Assembly: GCA_951406725.2 (NCBI GenBank)
Contig: OX597821.1
Coordinates: forward strand, 96,472,001-96,536,000
Reading direction: 5' to 3'
Origin: Octopus vulgaris
Lineage: Eukaryota
Length of the DNA: 64,000 nt
This document shows positions 1 to 11,797 of the stretch, piece by piece (the stretch's first letter is position 1; the number at the start of each line of letters is the position of its first letter). Made by a program: the position numbers and the translations under genes. The notes beneath the pieces are model-generated. The model saw nothing but the letters and a program-made list of their open reading frames with translations, was not told where the DNA came from and ran no database searches.

Positions 1-87
1 AGAGATAAAAACGAAGCCAGAATAACTCATGAAGAGAATGAATGACCTTATATTAAAAAACAAAAAACAAAAATAAAACAAAAACTC

Positions 88-368
88 AGGCAGGTATGGC
101 TGAGTAATTAAGAAGCTCGGTTTACAATTAAGTAGTCTCGGGTTCAGTCTCACTGCTCGATACCTTGGGTATTTGTCTTCTACTAGAGCCCCAAGCAGAC
201 CAATGCCTTGTGAAATTAGTAGACGAAAACTGTGCGGAAATCGGTCGTATATATATATATTTTATTTTATTTTATCTAGTTTCAGCTCACGAGCTGTGGC
301 CATGCTGGGGCACCACCATTTAAACGCCATATATATATATATATATATATATATGTGTATGTATGTGT

Positions 369-433
<65 letters not shown>

Positions 434-622
434 TATGTTTGTCGGTGTTGTTTCGTTTGCGTTGCGTCTCCGAAAAAATAGCGGGTCGGCAAAATACACC
501 GACATGATAAATACCAGACATAAAAATCAAGTGCTGAATTTGACTTGTTCGAATAAAACCCTTCATGGCGGTGCTCCAGCATTGCTGCAGAGCAATGATT
601 AAAATAAGTAATAGATAAAAGA
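88..622 (+). mobile_element. Degenerate tRNA-derived SINE with internal (TA)n(TG)n (family C)
   Basis: Diverged copy of the family seen at 14986 and 33248. It has the head, gtagacgaaaactg, an internal microsatellite and a ggcggtgctccagcat tail, and carries a 60-bp micro-insertion at 260-322. Confidence 0.7.
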
Positions 623-731
623 TGAATTTCCAGCAACGGGCAATTAAGCTTCTCATCTTATCGCGCATATAGATGCTCTTCAAGAGAAAAATATAACACC
701 TTCATGACATGTGATGCCACAAGGCTTGGCG

Positions 732-2577
732 GGAAATTATGATCAGTAACTGATCAAGAATATAGTAACTAAACACTATAAAAGAAAAAAATGATCCTTA
801 TATGTCATGGATTGTTTACGAGAAAAAACTGGACAGCATTTTCAAATTGGGAATTGAAGAAATACTGGTCATGAAAAAGATAATAATAACAAGCATGTAC
901 ATCAAACACGCCACAAGTGAAAGAAAAGTAATTTAAACTATCCAAACAATTGGGTGAGTTCTAAAAACGGAAAACTCAATACTTATTAGGAAAAAAATCC
1001 GGTGAGGGATGCTGCTCTGCGTATCTTTTTCTTTATCTCTAGATTGTTAGCTTTGCCTAGCATAATATAATAGACATGATGCAAATATAAACGCTTACTA
1101 GGAAGGAATATAATTGCCGTATCCGCTTGGTATATGAAACACAGCTAAATGCAAAAAATATGGTAATAGGTATCAGCATACAAGCTTTTACTGTAATAAG
1201 TTACAACCATAAAATTTCTCAACTAAATAGGGAAACAAGGAAAATAATGACATAATTTAGAGCGTACATCCAAAACGTCGATATATAAAAATGTATGTTT
1301 ATCATGAACATATGAGAGGGATTTCATCGCAAATGTAAATAGAAAATAATAAGATATCTGCTGTAGGACTACAAACGTATCAAGTACAAAATAAATGATG
1401 ATATAAATGGCTACACAACATGTATATAACAAAATAAATTTTTCTTATCTTCAAGGTGAGCAAAAAATGTGGGAGGAATTAAGAGGGAGCTGTTGGGTAT
1501 CATAAAAAAGGTAAAGGCGAAATTTGAAATAAGACTACCCATTTTTATATTACGTGTGCAAGAGAAACCATTGTGGAAAATGATATTGAGGATAGCGGTG
1601 TTGATAATGATGACGATGTTGAATACGACGACCAGTAGGATGATGATGGTGATGACGCTGACGGTGCTGATACTGACAATGCTATCAATGATTATGGTGA
1701 TGTTTCAATGTATGTATCGATAATACTTAGAGACGTCAGACATTGAGAACAGCTGCACTAAAACCTCATTAGTTGCAGACATGAACATATGGAAGGAAAT
1801 TGATGGATGTAAATAATGAATGGAAAACAGTTGCGAGAGGGAATGTGAACTCATTTATATGTGTGACTATGCATATAAGAGAGAGAGAGAATTTTTAAGA
1901 GTGCCTTATAAGTAGAGAATGTAGCCATTCCGAGACACCGCGTTGAAGGCATTTTTCAGCATGAAAATTGGAAACAGGGTACATCAACACTAAGATTGTA
2001 GTGTTTTGCATTGACTCCGAATTGATCAAAAGCAAGGCGGGTGTCAGCGAGATTTGAACTTCAAGTAGAGCAAGCCGGGACAAATGTCGCGACGCATTCT
2101 ACAGATGCTCAAAAGAGCCTAACAAAGGATAGCTTTTGTACAAACATACATTCACGTAGGTGGAGGCGCAATGGCCCAGTGGTTAGGGCAGCGGACTCGC
2201 GGTCATAGGATCGCGGTTTCGATTCCCAGACCGGGCGTTGTGAGTGTTTATTGAGCGAAAACACCTAAAAGCTCCACGAGGCTCCGGCAGGGGATGCTGG
2301 TGATCCCTGCTGTACTCTTTCACCACAACTTTCTCTCACTTTTACTTCCTGTTTCTGTTGTACCTGTATTTCAAGGGGCCGGCCTTGTCACTCTCTGTGT
2401 CACGCTGAATATCCCCGAGAACTACGTTAAGGGTACACGTGTCTGTGGAGTGCTCAGCCACTTACACGTTAATTTCACGAGCAGGCTGTTCCGTTGATTC
2501 GGATCAACCGGAACCCTCGTCGTCGTAACCGACGGAGTGCTTCCACCACCACATTCACGTAGATAAACACAAAATAG

Positions 2578-2634
<57 letters not shown>

Positions 2635-3038
2635 CTGCATTCCTCGACAGTTCGATAGAGACTATCTACGAAGAATTCTCAACAATTCATTGATTCATTG
2701 GGTACTTTCGTTATGGTTCCTTCCGCATCTAACGGAATCACTTACTACAAATACATATTTGTGTGTGCGTGTGTGAGTGTTGTGTGTATGTGTGTGTCTG
2801 TGAGTCTGTCTGTCTGCATTATTCTTATTTAACATTCATCCGCGAACAATAATAACCTCGTTGGACATGTACAAGTGTATTTATACCTTTAACAATAGAT
2901 GAATGCGTGCTTACATTTGCGTATATCTGTACAGCAAACGTTTCACGACACATATGGACCATTCTGTCAGTTTTAATAAAGACATGTACATAAAAATAGC
3001 TGTTAAGCAAAATACGTGTAAACATGGACTTCCCTCAT
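732..3038 (-). pseudogene. Polycystin cation-channel domain remnants (TOP loop + S1-S6)
   Basis: MREVHVYTYFA*QLFL at 3038 (cf. LRELxxYxxFL). CRETFAVQIY...INTLVHVQR in ORF 2825-3025 (cf. WxxxTLxxxLY...NxLLGxPR). SRNGYILYL 1935-1909 (cf. YxGxGYxxxL). NEFTF...SLFTSINFL 1861-1793 (cf. EFTxYNxxxNLF). LYTCCVAIYIIIYFVLDTFVVLQQISYYF in ORF 1223-1432. RRAASLTGF...ELTQLFG 1021-941. GSFFSFIVFSYYILDQLLIIIS 797-732 (cf. GPIYFxxFxFxxxFILLNMFLAII). Confidence 0.72.
2160..2550 (+). mobile_element. tRNA-derived SINE, head A + tail X
   Basis: Pol III A/B-box-like head (tggcccagtggttagg ... gtttcgattcc), (CCA)n tail and 12-bp TSD acattcacgtag (2148-2159, 2551-2562). A near-identical inverted copy lies at 35586-35982. 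Confidence 0.92.
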
Positions 3039-3109
3039 GAATTAATATATATGCACAATAAGTATATTTTCCTGATACCCGTATGCCTGCTCAATGTGCT
3101 TGTATGCAG

Positions 3110-3158
<49 letters not shown>

Positions 3159-3539
3159 TGCACACACTCACATTTATATCAATGTATGTATATGTGCCAT
3201 ACATAGTCATACATACACCCACACACACACACACACACACACATACATGCACACACACATACACACACACACACACACAGATCTATACATGTGGCTGAGC
3301 GTGTCTGAGTGCAGTCCTTTTTGTTGGTGCTGGTTATTGAGCTGTGTAATCATGCTGTTACGTACTTCGTACAAATATGACAATTGTATAGGATTGTATT
3401 TTGGTGGATTTTAAGAGAAAATAAACAGATTTAGTTTCTCCTCAATAGTTAACAATGAACATTATATATTGCTTTTAATATGTAGGTGGAAACATTGAAA
3501 CGCTATATGTAGCTTCTGTGAACAGACTTTTATGTACAA

Positions 3540-3672
3540 TTATACATTGTATGGACACATTGAAATAAAAGAATAAAAGGTCCTGTGGGGAACAGAAGAT
3601 TATGCAATTATATGATATTATTTGCTGGGTCAACCAAGAATTGCTATGAGATCTGCTCACCAGCAAAAATAA
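3540..3672 (-). pseudogene. PKD1-like TM4/TM5 region remnant
   Basis: LFLLVSRSHSNSWLTQQIISYNCIIFCSPQDLLFFYF within ORF 3475-3720 resembles the PKD1-like SxxWLxSxxISFxxSxFxxxPxK motif. Its position fits between the PLAT and channel remnants. Confidence 0.55.
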
Positions 3673-3754
3673 TCCTTTGTATATATATATATATATTTCG
3701 TTTTGGGATTTGGTTTGCAAGATTCTTTATGTGAGTTCGTGTGTTGAAGCATTT

Positions 3755-4020
3755 TCTGTTGTGTCTGGCGAGAGTCATTCTCTTTTGGTGCCTTATAATT
3801 TAACACACTCACCGGTAAAATTTCCACTTCTTTCTTTTTTTTCTTTTGTTTTTTTTTTCATTTTTCTAAAATTTTCGTTGCGTCTTGCAGCCTTTTCCAT
3901 ATTGAAAAATATTTTAGAAAATTTTAGAAAAATAAAAAAAATAAAAAGACGTGGAAATTTTACCGGTGAGTCTGTTGAATTATAAGGTACCAAAAGAAAA
4001 TGACTCTCCCCAGTCACAAC

Positions 4021-4023
<3 letters not shown>
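3755..4023. repeat. Long imperfect inverted repeat between (TA)n tracts
   Basis: tctgttgtgtctggcgagagtcatt...accggtaaaatttccac pairs with gtggaaattttaccggt...tgactctccccagtcacaacaga. Confidence 0.9.
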
Positions 4024-4065
<42 letters not shown>

Positions 4066-4469
4066 GAGAGGGGGACATGAGTAGACAATCATAGGTGTAT
4101 GGAATAAATTGATACGTGTTGCTACATAATTTACACGCGAGCGCGCACACTCTCACACACATATGCACACATACACATATATGGTTGAGTACAACCAATA
4201 TTTTTTAAGCAGATACCACAGGGATGAATAAGATAACTCCGTTGTAATCTGGGAGAGCACCATGAAATTGATGAATGATTCGTTGGTAAGTTTAGAAGTT
4301 AAGCAGCCGCCCCCACAGACCGTTGTTATCCAGGAAATAATACAATACCGATCTTTATGTCTGTTTAATTATCTCCAATTCACCGCATATAGAAGATAAG
4401 TAGGTGAGACGCGCTATAAAGCTAATCCTTTAAGCTTAATACTATAAACGTAATATGATTATAACTATA

Positions 4470-4830
4470 ATCCTATTCCATATCACAAGCAACTATTGAG
4501 TCACCAACACACTCCAACCTTTGTTCCAAAGACGTCATGTCTCCATCTGAGCCTTGTTTGTAACTTTTAAAATGACCACTGCTCCTCGAAGATGACTGGT
4601 TTCGTGCTACCTCCATTCAGTCACCCATGATTAATTTGTCTTTTCTTTCAATGCACCATTTACCTGTATCTGCCCAAAACCAACCTAACCTAAGTCCTCT
4701 CACTAACAGCATAATCCAGTCCTTCTTTCCCTGGATGTCAACCCTCTGCAAAACCCCTCTTCCCATATTTTTTACAGCAACCGTCATGTTGCATCTACAG
4801 CAAACACCGGTCACATCAAACTCATCGGTC
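4470..4830 (+). mobile_element. Degenerate LINE 3' fragment (L2/CR1/Jockey group RT C-terminus)
   Basis: Translates to NTLQPLFQRRHVS and QSFFPWMSTL, resembling LQxLxxRRxVxxL and SFFPRTxxLWN. Related to the copy at 22380-23060. Confidence 0.6.
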
Positions 4831-5629
4831 TCGGAGGGCTGTTTCCCAATCCAGCCTATTAAAAGGAGTCGACATATATCTCCAGTTGAATGGATAAGTG
4901 ACAAACTTGCGCCTGAATAAGGCACTAGACTACCACTGTATGTAATGAGTCACTCAGTAGATAATATATATGCAGCATACTTGCTAATAGGTGGACAATT
5001 TACTGTATTGGTGTGTACTTATTTGCAACAGTCTCTCTCTACGACACTTATTTACATGTAGTTGAACTCTGCTTTTCGTGATGCCATTAATGTAAACTGC
5101 GTTTTACTAAGATACCGAAGGCAAGTTGACAACATCTTTCTATGACATCTGTTCACTCAAGACCCAATGCAGGAGCCTCTATATGATAGCTCAGCCTACT
5201 AGAAATAGCAATCAAATCTTCTCAAAATCACTTAAGAAAAGGAAAATCATGATGTAGAATGTAGTTCTAAGTATACAAACGACTGGGTGGCCATGGTTAG
5301 AACCCATCTGATCAGCAATTTCTCGATCGAAACCGCTTTATCATCATATAAGCTGCATCAAAGAAAAGATAGCTTGTGGTTGTATCATTATATGGTATCT
5401 ACTTATAGTTAATAGGTATTTACTTCAGTGGTATCTATTTACAATTACGTGAGCTGAACTTCATCATGGGACTTATTTACACCATTTCATATTTATTAAA
5501 ATGCAAGTACCTCTATAAGGGTTACATTTTTTCATTCGGATGCTCTTTACCTCTCTCAGGCACGTATTTACATTTACGTATACTGCACCTTTACAAAGCT
5601 TCTCTTTACGGCTACGTTGGTCGTAGGTC

Positions 5630-5686
<57 letters not shown>

Positions 5687-6099
5687 AGCTTGAAGTACTC
5701 TCTCCATGTGGTTATGAGGCAATGAGACTGTACCTCTACAAGCTATCTGTTCACATTTGTCGAATATATGTTTTTTTTTTAAAGAATGATGATCTACTTG
5801 TAAATCGAAACAATAATAACAGCATAGCACAACACACTAGAGCAATGAATGAATATCACAACTGCACACCACAGTAACGAATAAACATTATAACTGTATA
5901 ATGGAATAACATCACGTCTGTGCAATACACGACTGAATTAACATAACAACTGAATAAACATAACTGTACAACACCGCAATGAACACCACAGCTTCACAGC
6001 TCGATAACCCTCAATGCTCACTACAACTACACTTATTGCAACGGTCCTTCAGTTTTTCTAAGCCTTGTAAAAGAATTCAGAATGTTGGGCCTGCAGCCA

Positions 6100-6275
6100 G
6101 GCCTGGAATTTTGGGAGAGGGAAGCTAGTTGATTACATCGACTCCAGTACTAGGTCCTTATTTTATTGAACCGCGAAAGGATGAAAGGCGAAGTCGACCT
6201 CGGCATGATTTGAACTCAGAATGTAAAGCTGTAAGAAATGCCGCTAAGCATTTTGTCCGACGTGTTAAGCATTTT
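6100..6275 (-). mobile_element. SINE family D (core gactttgcctttcatcctttcggggtcgataaa)
   Basis: Reverse complement of the core shared with 14750, 42917, 43180, 49241, 58182 and 59975. Confidence 0.75.
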
Positions 6276-6279
6276 GTCC

Positions 6280-6461
6280 AGGCCAAAGAAAATACAGGAG
6301 GATTTTATTCAACATATTCCCCTCTCAGATTCACACATTTATTGCAACGGTCTTTCAGTTTTGCTAAGCCCCGTAAAAAAAATAAACTCGGAAGGTAGGA
6401 CCCCCAAACAGTCCTTTCGTGAGACCCTTAAAGCCAGGAACTTTTCTGCACCCCCTCCTAT
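6280..6461. mobile_element. Tc1/mariner-type MITE, partial
   Basis: Ends in the TIR aaagccaggaacttttctgcacccc..ta. Same family as 45107-45322, with a further fragment at 6028-6105. Confidence 0.65.
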
Positions 6462-6499
6462 ACTACAGTAGTGAATGAAAACCACACCTGTACAACATT

Positions 6500-6796
6500 A
6501 AATGGCGACGTACCGTAAGAGAGGGAATACAAAGGAGTGACAAAGGAGTGACAGAGAGAGAGAGAGGAGAAATGGAAAGACAAGAAAAGACGTCAACAAG
6601 AAACTATGGCATTACAACCAGCCAGGAACAGTCTTCGCTACATTTGCGGTACCTGCCAGAGGGAGTGTTTGTCCAGGATAGGACTACACAGCCACAGCAG
6701 GAAATGTATCAGGACATGAAATGTAAAAGCCGGACTAGACTACTTTATGCGCAACTCCATTGTCTCCCGAGACAAAAAGGATGCAAACAACAACAT
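6500..6796 (+). mobile_element. RTE-clade LINE 3' fragment
   Basis: KWRRTVREGI ... YICGTCQRECLSRIGLHSHSRKC C-terminal zinc motif, then ccattgtctcccgagac and a (CAA)n tail. Confidence 0.85.
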
Positions 6797-6813
6797 TAAA
6801 TAATAGAACAACT

Positions 6814-7002
6814 CTACAACATGGCACTGGATAAACACCACAATAGCCCAACGTAGCCTTTGAAACAATGCAATCCCTGCCAGTAGGACGACAGGGTCAG
6901 GATATGGTGGCGATCCAATATGACACTAGTTGAGTTGTCGTTCTTCTCCATACCAGCGTTAACAGCCGCAAGGTGTCGCCATATTTCATCAATTAATGGC
7001 AA
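6814..7002 (-). pseudogene. End of PLAT domain / TM2 region remnant
   Basis: DEIWRHLAAV...ILDRHH, then in shifted frames RPTG, FQRL and SAML*. Together these resemble DGxIxRxL...DxHxWxS..RP...QR...NAMFY of PKD1-like proteins. Confidence 0.5.
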
Positions 7003-8292
7003 ACATATTTATTTTTCTGATCACATTTATTTATTCATTCATTCAATGAAAGAGTTGACTGAGTGAATCATTCCGTTTCCAGGCAACCTCCAGTGAATCA
7101 GGTACCATCAAATGATTTATAAGATGTATCATCTTATTGATTAAAACATGGATGCTTGTGCATGTGTATGCGAGTATGTATGTACATGTGTGTGTGTGTG
7201 AGTGTGTATGTGTGTGTATGTGTTAGTATGTGTTAGCGTGGCTTTGCGTCTGCATATGTCTGTACGAATGTATGAATGTGAGTAAATATATCATATTCCG
7301 CATGTTGTTGTGATTATGTGTGTTTCGTGAATGCGTATGTATATATATATATATGAGTGTGTATGTGTGTATTTGTATGTGTAGGGGGGAATTTTTCTAT
7401 GTGTAAGAGTGATTATATGTCTACAACATTGAATATGCTAGTGTGTGCCTATGACGTCTGCATATTAATAAGACCATCTCTAGTTATATTTTGTGTCCGT
7501 GTGCCTGTTTACAGCTACACGTATGTCTGAACATCTCTGTGCACATATGCAAGCATCCCTGTAGGTGTGAGTGTTTACTCCTGTGTAAGTTAAAGAAGAG
7601 GAGAGTAAGCATTGTCTGGATGAGACGGATTATATAGGACAAGGTCACATGTACTACACAAATATTTTGCAACATTCCTATTGCACATATACATACATAC
7701 GTATATATATATATGCAAATATTATTTTGTTCTTAGTATGCATATATACATACAAATACACACATATTCGTATATGCACACACACACACACACTCGCGCG
7801 CGCATATACAATATAAATTATACACATACATAATAATACAGATATACATATATACAGAGAAAGAAGGAGAGACAGAAAGAAGATTTTATAATTTAAATAG
7901 CTTCGTTACTTTGGTTTCAATAGCTGCCGGGCGGCCATATTAGTGCAATATGTTCAAAGGATTCAGTCAGTTTTATCGACTCCAGTAGTTTTATCACAAG
8001 GGTCGAGTCACGTTGACCTTAGCGTAAAGAAACGTAATTCAGATGAAAGTATGTAACTAGTGGAAGTTCTGTTGAATGTAGCAATCTTGTTTGACCATCT
8101 CAAGCATTTTGAAGTAAACTCGCACAAACATAGGGGCATACTCGCATACAACCGATGGGTTGCAGTTCAGTTTGTCATAACGTTCTGGTTACGTGAATTA
8201 TTCGGAAGAAGGGAAGATACCGTGCAGCACCATCAAAACGCCTGGCTGCAAAACGAACTTCCTGGCGACACAACCACGCTTCCCCGCCGCTT

Positions 8293-8335
8293 AATCCTTT
8301 CTGACGAAGAGTTTTGGCTCGAAACGTATAAGATT
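8293..8335 (+). ncRNA. Minimal type I hammerhead-ribozyme-like motif in a Penelope-like terminal repeat
   Basis: CUGACGA (8301), stem II GAG/CUC, GAAA, palindromic ACGU and a GUA site. Imperfect stem I AAUC..UU / AAGAUU. A T-rich tail follows, ending at (TA)n. Confidence 0.55.
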
Positions 8336-8440
8336 TTCCCATTCTTTCTGGGCGTTAAAGTTATACACCTGCTTGTTGTTCCTATACCTATCTTCGTCTT
8401 TTGCTTTCTGTAAATTTGAAATATATATATACATATATAT

Positions 8441-8660
8441 AAAGTTAATCTAAACATGAAAGCACGAAAAATCACAACGCGAGGACGTAGAACAAATATA
8501 GTATTATTGGACGCTCAGGAAAGAAGGAAAGAAGGAGGGTTTAACGTTTCGAGCGGAGCTCTTCGTCGGAGACATAGAAGGAAATATCCAGAGAAGGGAA
8601 GACAGAGGAAAAAAATCGCCAACGGTACAAGTGGTGGCGACACAAGTGGAAAAGTGGAAG
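8441..8660 (-). mobile_element. Penelope-like terminal-repeat fragment with a mutated hammerhead core (8569-8541)
   Basis: Minus strand reads cCGACGA-A-GAGC-ucc-GCUC-GAAACGUU. Its tail tttcctgagcg... recurs at 57127-57212. Confidence 0.55.
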
Positions 8661-9279
8661 TAGAAGAAGAAAGGTAAAAGAGGATGAGGAAAAAGTGGAA
8701 GAGTCACGGACAAATGTTTTTGATTTCCAATCACGATTACAGTGGCGTACTCCGGAGGAATGGTAACAGTATTCCGTAGGTGTAAAAATCCAGGAATTGT
8801 TTATATATCTTTATCTTTATCTTTATCTAGTTTCAGCTCACGAGCTGTGACCATGCTGGGGCACCGCCATATATATATATACAACAATTTTCCTTCCGGC
8901 GACAGCTGGATGATCCGTCACCTTTTTCGATTTGGATGAATTACGAATTAGAACTTGAAACACTTGTGGCCACCAGTCTAGTTCATTGCACGGTCTATAT
9001 GTGGCGTTGCATGTACTATGTATTGACATATATTATTTAGATTGCATTCATTAGTGACAACACTGTAAGTCTGAGAGACACCTTACCTATTTAGCTAACA
9101 GTTACCCTTCGCTTTAGCGACAACAGATAAAAGAACTGAGACCATCAAACGTAATTATCAATCCGCAAGTAGAAATATCTATATATATATATATATATAT
9201 ATATATGCATATACGTATGGATATACATATACATATGTATATACAAACATATACATACACACATATACATACATCCATA

Positions 9280-9342
<63 letters not shown>

Positions 9343-9503
9343 GTGTATATATATATATATACTCACATAGACATACACAAACGTACACATACATATGCAT
9401 ATACGTATAATATGTTTGTGTGTGTGTGTCTGTGTGTGCGAGCGAGTGTGTGCGAGCGAGTGTGTGCGAGCGAGTGTGTGCGTGCGTGTATATATATCAT
9501 CAT

Positions 9504-9640
9504 GAACTCCGACGTAGGCACAAAAAGGTAAAAGTGGTAAAAATGAAAAGGCATAATAACATTCTTAACCATCATTCTATGTTAGCATCTCGTAACTTAT
9601 TACTTCATAGCGAAACGTTAGAATACCGCAGACCAGAAGT
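9504..9640 (-). pseudogene. GPS (GAIN) motif remnant
   Basis: TSGLRYSNVSL*SN 9640-9599 (cf. TSxCxYxxxxxxxW) followed by [14 protein letters not shown] 9545-9504 (cf. HLTxFxxxLFVPP). The HL/T cleavage motif is degenerate. Confidence 0.55.
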
Positions 9641-9883
9641 GACAGATTGTGTTGAGAAACAGAAATAATGAAATGGAAATGAAGAATGGTTCCGATGAGT
9701 CGTTAGACGGCGTAATTTGAATGAATGCGGTATGGCTCATTGAAAATGGTTGAGCTGTCATCAGCAGCTGTTGGAATGTAAAACAAATGTTTTGTAGGTA
9801 GGATCACAATGGGATTTCACAAACATATACACCATATTACCAAGGATACACACGCACACACATATATGCATATAGGCATTTAT

Positions 9884-10090
<207 letters not shown>

Positions 10091-10510
10091 TTCTAATTTT
10101 TGCCACAAAAGCAGCTTAGAGGAGGCGGGTATGAGTCGATTACATCGACCCCAGTGTTCAACTGGTATGTATATATCATTGTGTATGCCTTACTACAATT
10201 AGATATACAACAGAAAGCCATAAAACTGCTGTATATGGCTCAAGAAAGTATCTCATGTAGCTGTATAATGCTGAAAAGCACAGACATATACCAGTAGTTG
10301 ATGAAAAGTGTCTAGCAGCGGCAGTAGAATTGCTAAATCCGGATTGCTGCTCTTTCGAGTGCTATCAGTAGCAAGTATCCACTATCAATTGCATGCTTGG
10401 ACAAATCTAGCGTCTACTGATATAGAAATATATAATGAATAGTAGATTACTAGAGTCGAAAAGGGGTGCCGTAAAAATTTGTTATTAGTGATAGAAACTG
10501 TATTATTTAA

Positions 10511-10730
10511 AAATAACAATCTGAATATCTTACTTAACGTGGATATATTGTATATAGTTTGAAAACTGTGCTGGTTAAAAACGTGTTATCAATCCTCTGC
10601 TTTAGACCCTATTTTTATAAATAACAATCTGAATATCTTACTTAACGTGGATATATTGTAGATAGTTTGAAAACTGTGCTGGTTAAAGACGTGTTATCAA
10701 TCCTCTGCTTTAGACCCTATTCTTATAAAT
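10511..10730. repeat. Tandem duplication, 108-bp period, 2 copies
   Basis: aaataacaatctgaatatct... starts at 10511 and again at 10619, with few mismatches. Confidence 0.95.
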
Positions 10731-11346
10731 TTTCTGAAAGTTAGATGAAAGCTGAGAAAATGGCTCGCAGGAACAGGCCTACTCTCAACATATATCACTA
10801 GGCCTCATCTGGAAGAGAGCATTTTACTCAAAACCATATCCTGAAGAGGTTCCTTGTTGGATATTAGCTAGTATTCTTCCCTTCCTGGGACGCGTAATTT
10901 CAAACTTATTGTCTACGTTGTTGAACATTATTCTAAGATATCCTTGTAATGTTTCCTTCATCTGTTCCCCATGTGGCAAGTAATAGACATTATTTTTATT
11001 CCTATTATGGAAAGGATTTCTTTCTTTGATTTTTCTGTTTCTTTGTTTCTTTCTTCTTTTTCTTTTTCTTGTTATCATCATCATATTCCTCCTCATCAGC
11101 ATCATCATCCCCCTCCTTCCATTTATTATTATGGCTATAATTGTTGTTGTTGTTGTTATTATTATTATTATTATTATTATAATTATAATTATAATTATTA
11201 TTATTATCATTATTATCATTATTATTATTATTATTATTATTATAAGTGATAAAGAAAGAATATTCTACCCATGCAATAGAATAATATTTTCCTAAATATA
11301 TTTCAATACATGTGAAACATGGCATTTTTATCATTATCACCACTGT

Positions 11347-11528
11347 TCTTCTTCTTCTTCTTCTTCTTCTTCTTCTTCTTCTTCTTCTTCTTCTTCTATT
11401 TCTTCTTCTATTTCTTCTTCTTCTTCGTCTTCGTCTTCTTCTACTCCTTCTTCTCCTCCTCCTTCTCCTCCTCCTTCTCCTCCCCCTCCCCTCCTCCTCC
11501 TTCTCCCCCCTCCTCCTCCATCTCCTCA
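11347..11528. repeat. (CTT)n-(CCT)n polypyrimidine tract
   Basis: Direct reading. Confidence 0.95.
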
Positions 11529-11797
11529 TCATCGTCATCCTTAAAAACTGTGACACTAGTTTTAATTAACTGCCACACACATCTGCGGGATGTTCGAATG
11601 TATATACGTGCTTGAGTGTATGTGTACATGAAATCGCGTATGCGGCTGTAGTTATGGAGTGCATACAGGTACGTCTTTATGTTATTATGCCTGTATGTAT
11701 GCATACATAATCGCGTTCGACCATAACCCAAACTGTGCTTATGTTAAATCGTGCAAATGAAGTGTTTTATACACCGAGGGGCAAATTATATATATAA

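Larger units (their letters stand above)
8120..9029 (-). pseudogene. PLAT domain remnant, split by Penelope-like and micro-element insertions
   Basis: FQVLIRNSSKSKKVT at ~8961-8917 (cf. YxIxVxTGxxxGSGT) and RYDKLNCNPSVVCEY..MFVR at 8182-8120 (cf. WHDNxGxxPxWxLxxVxVRD). Confidence 0.5.

Noticed and set aside
2160-2240. tRNA gene
   Set aside because: The tRNA-like head continues into a SINE body with tail and TSD, and recurs in many copies.
8060-8413. 117-aa plus-strand ORF as a gene
   Set aside because: It is a chimera of the antisense PLAT remnant and the Penelope-like repeat.
10841-10900. Hammerhead-like CTGAAGA with gttcc/gggac stem
   Set aside because: The GAAA box reads GTAA and no stem I is evident; at most a decayed relic.
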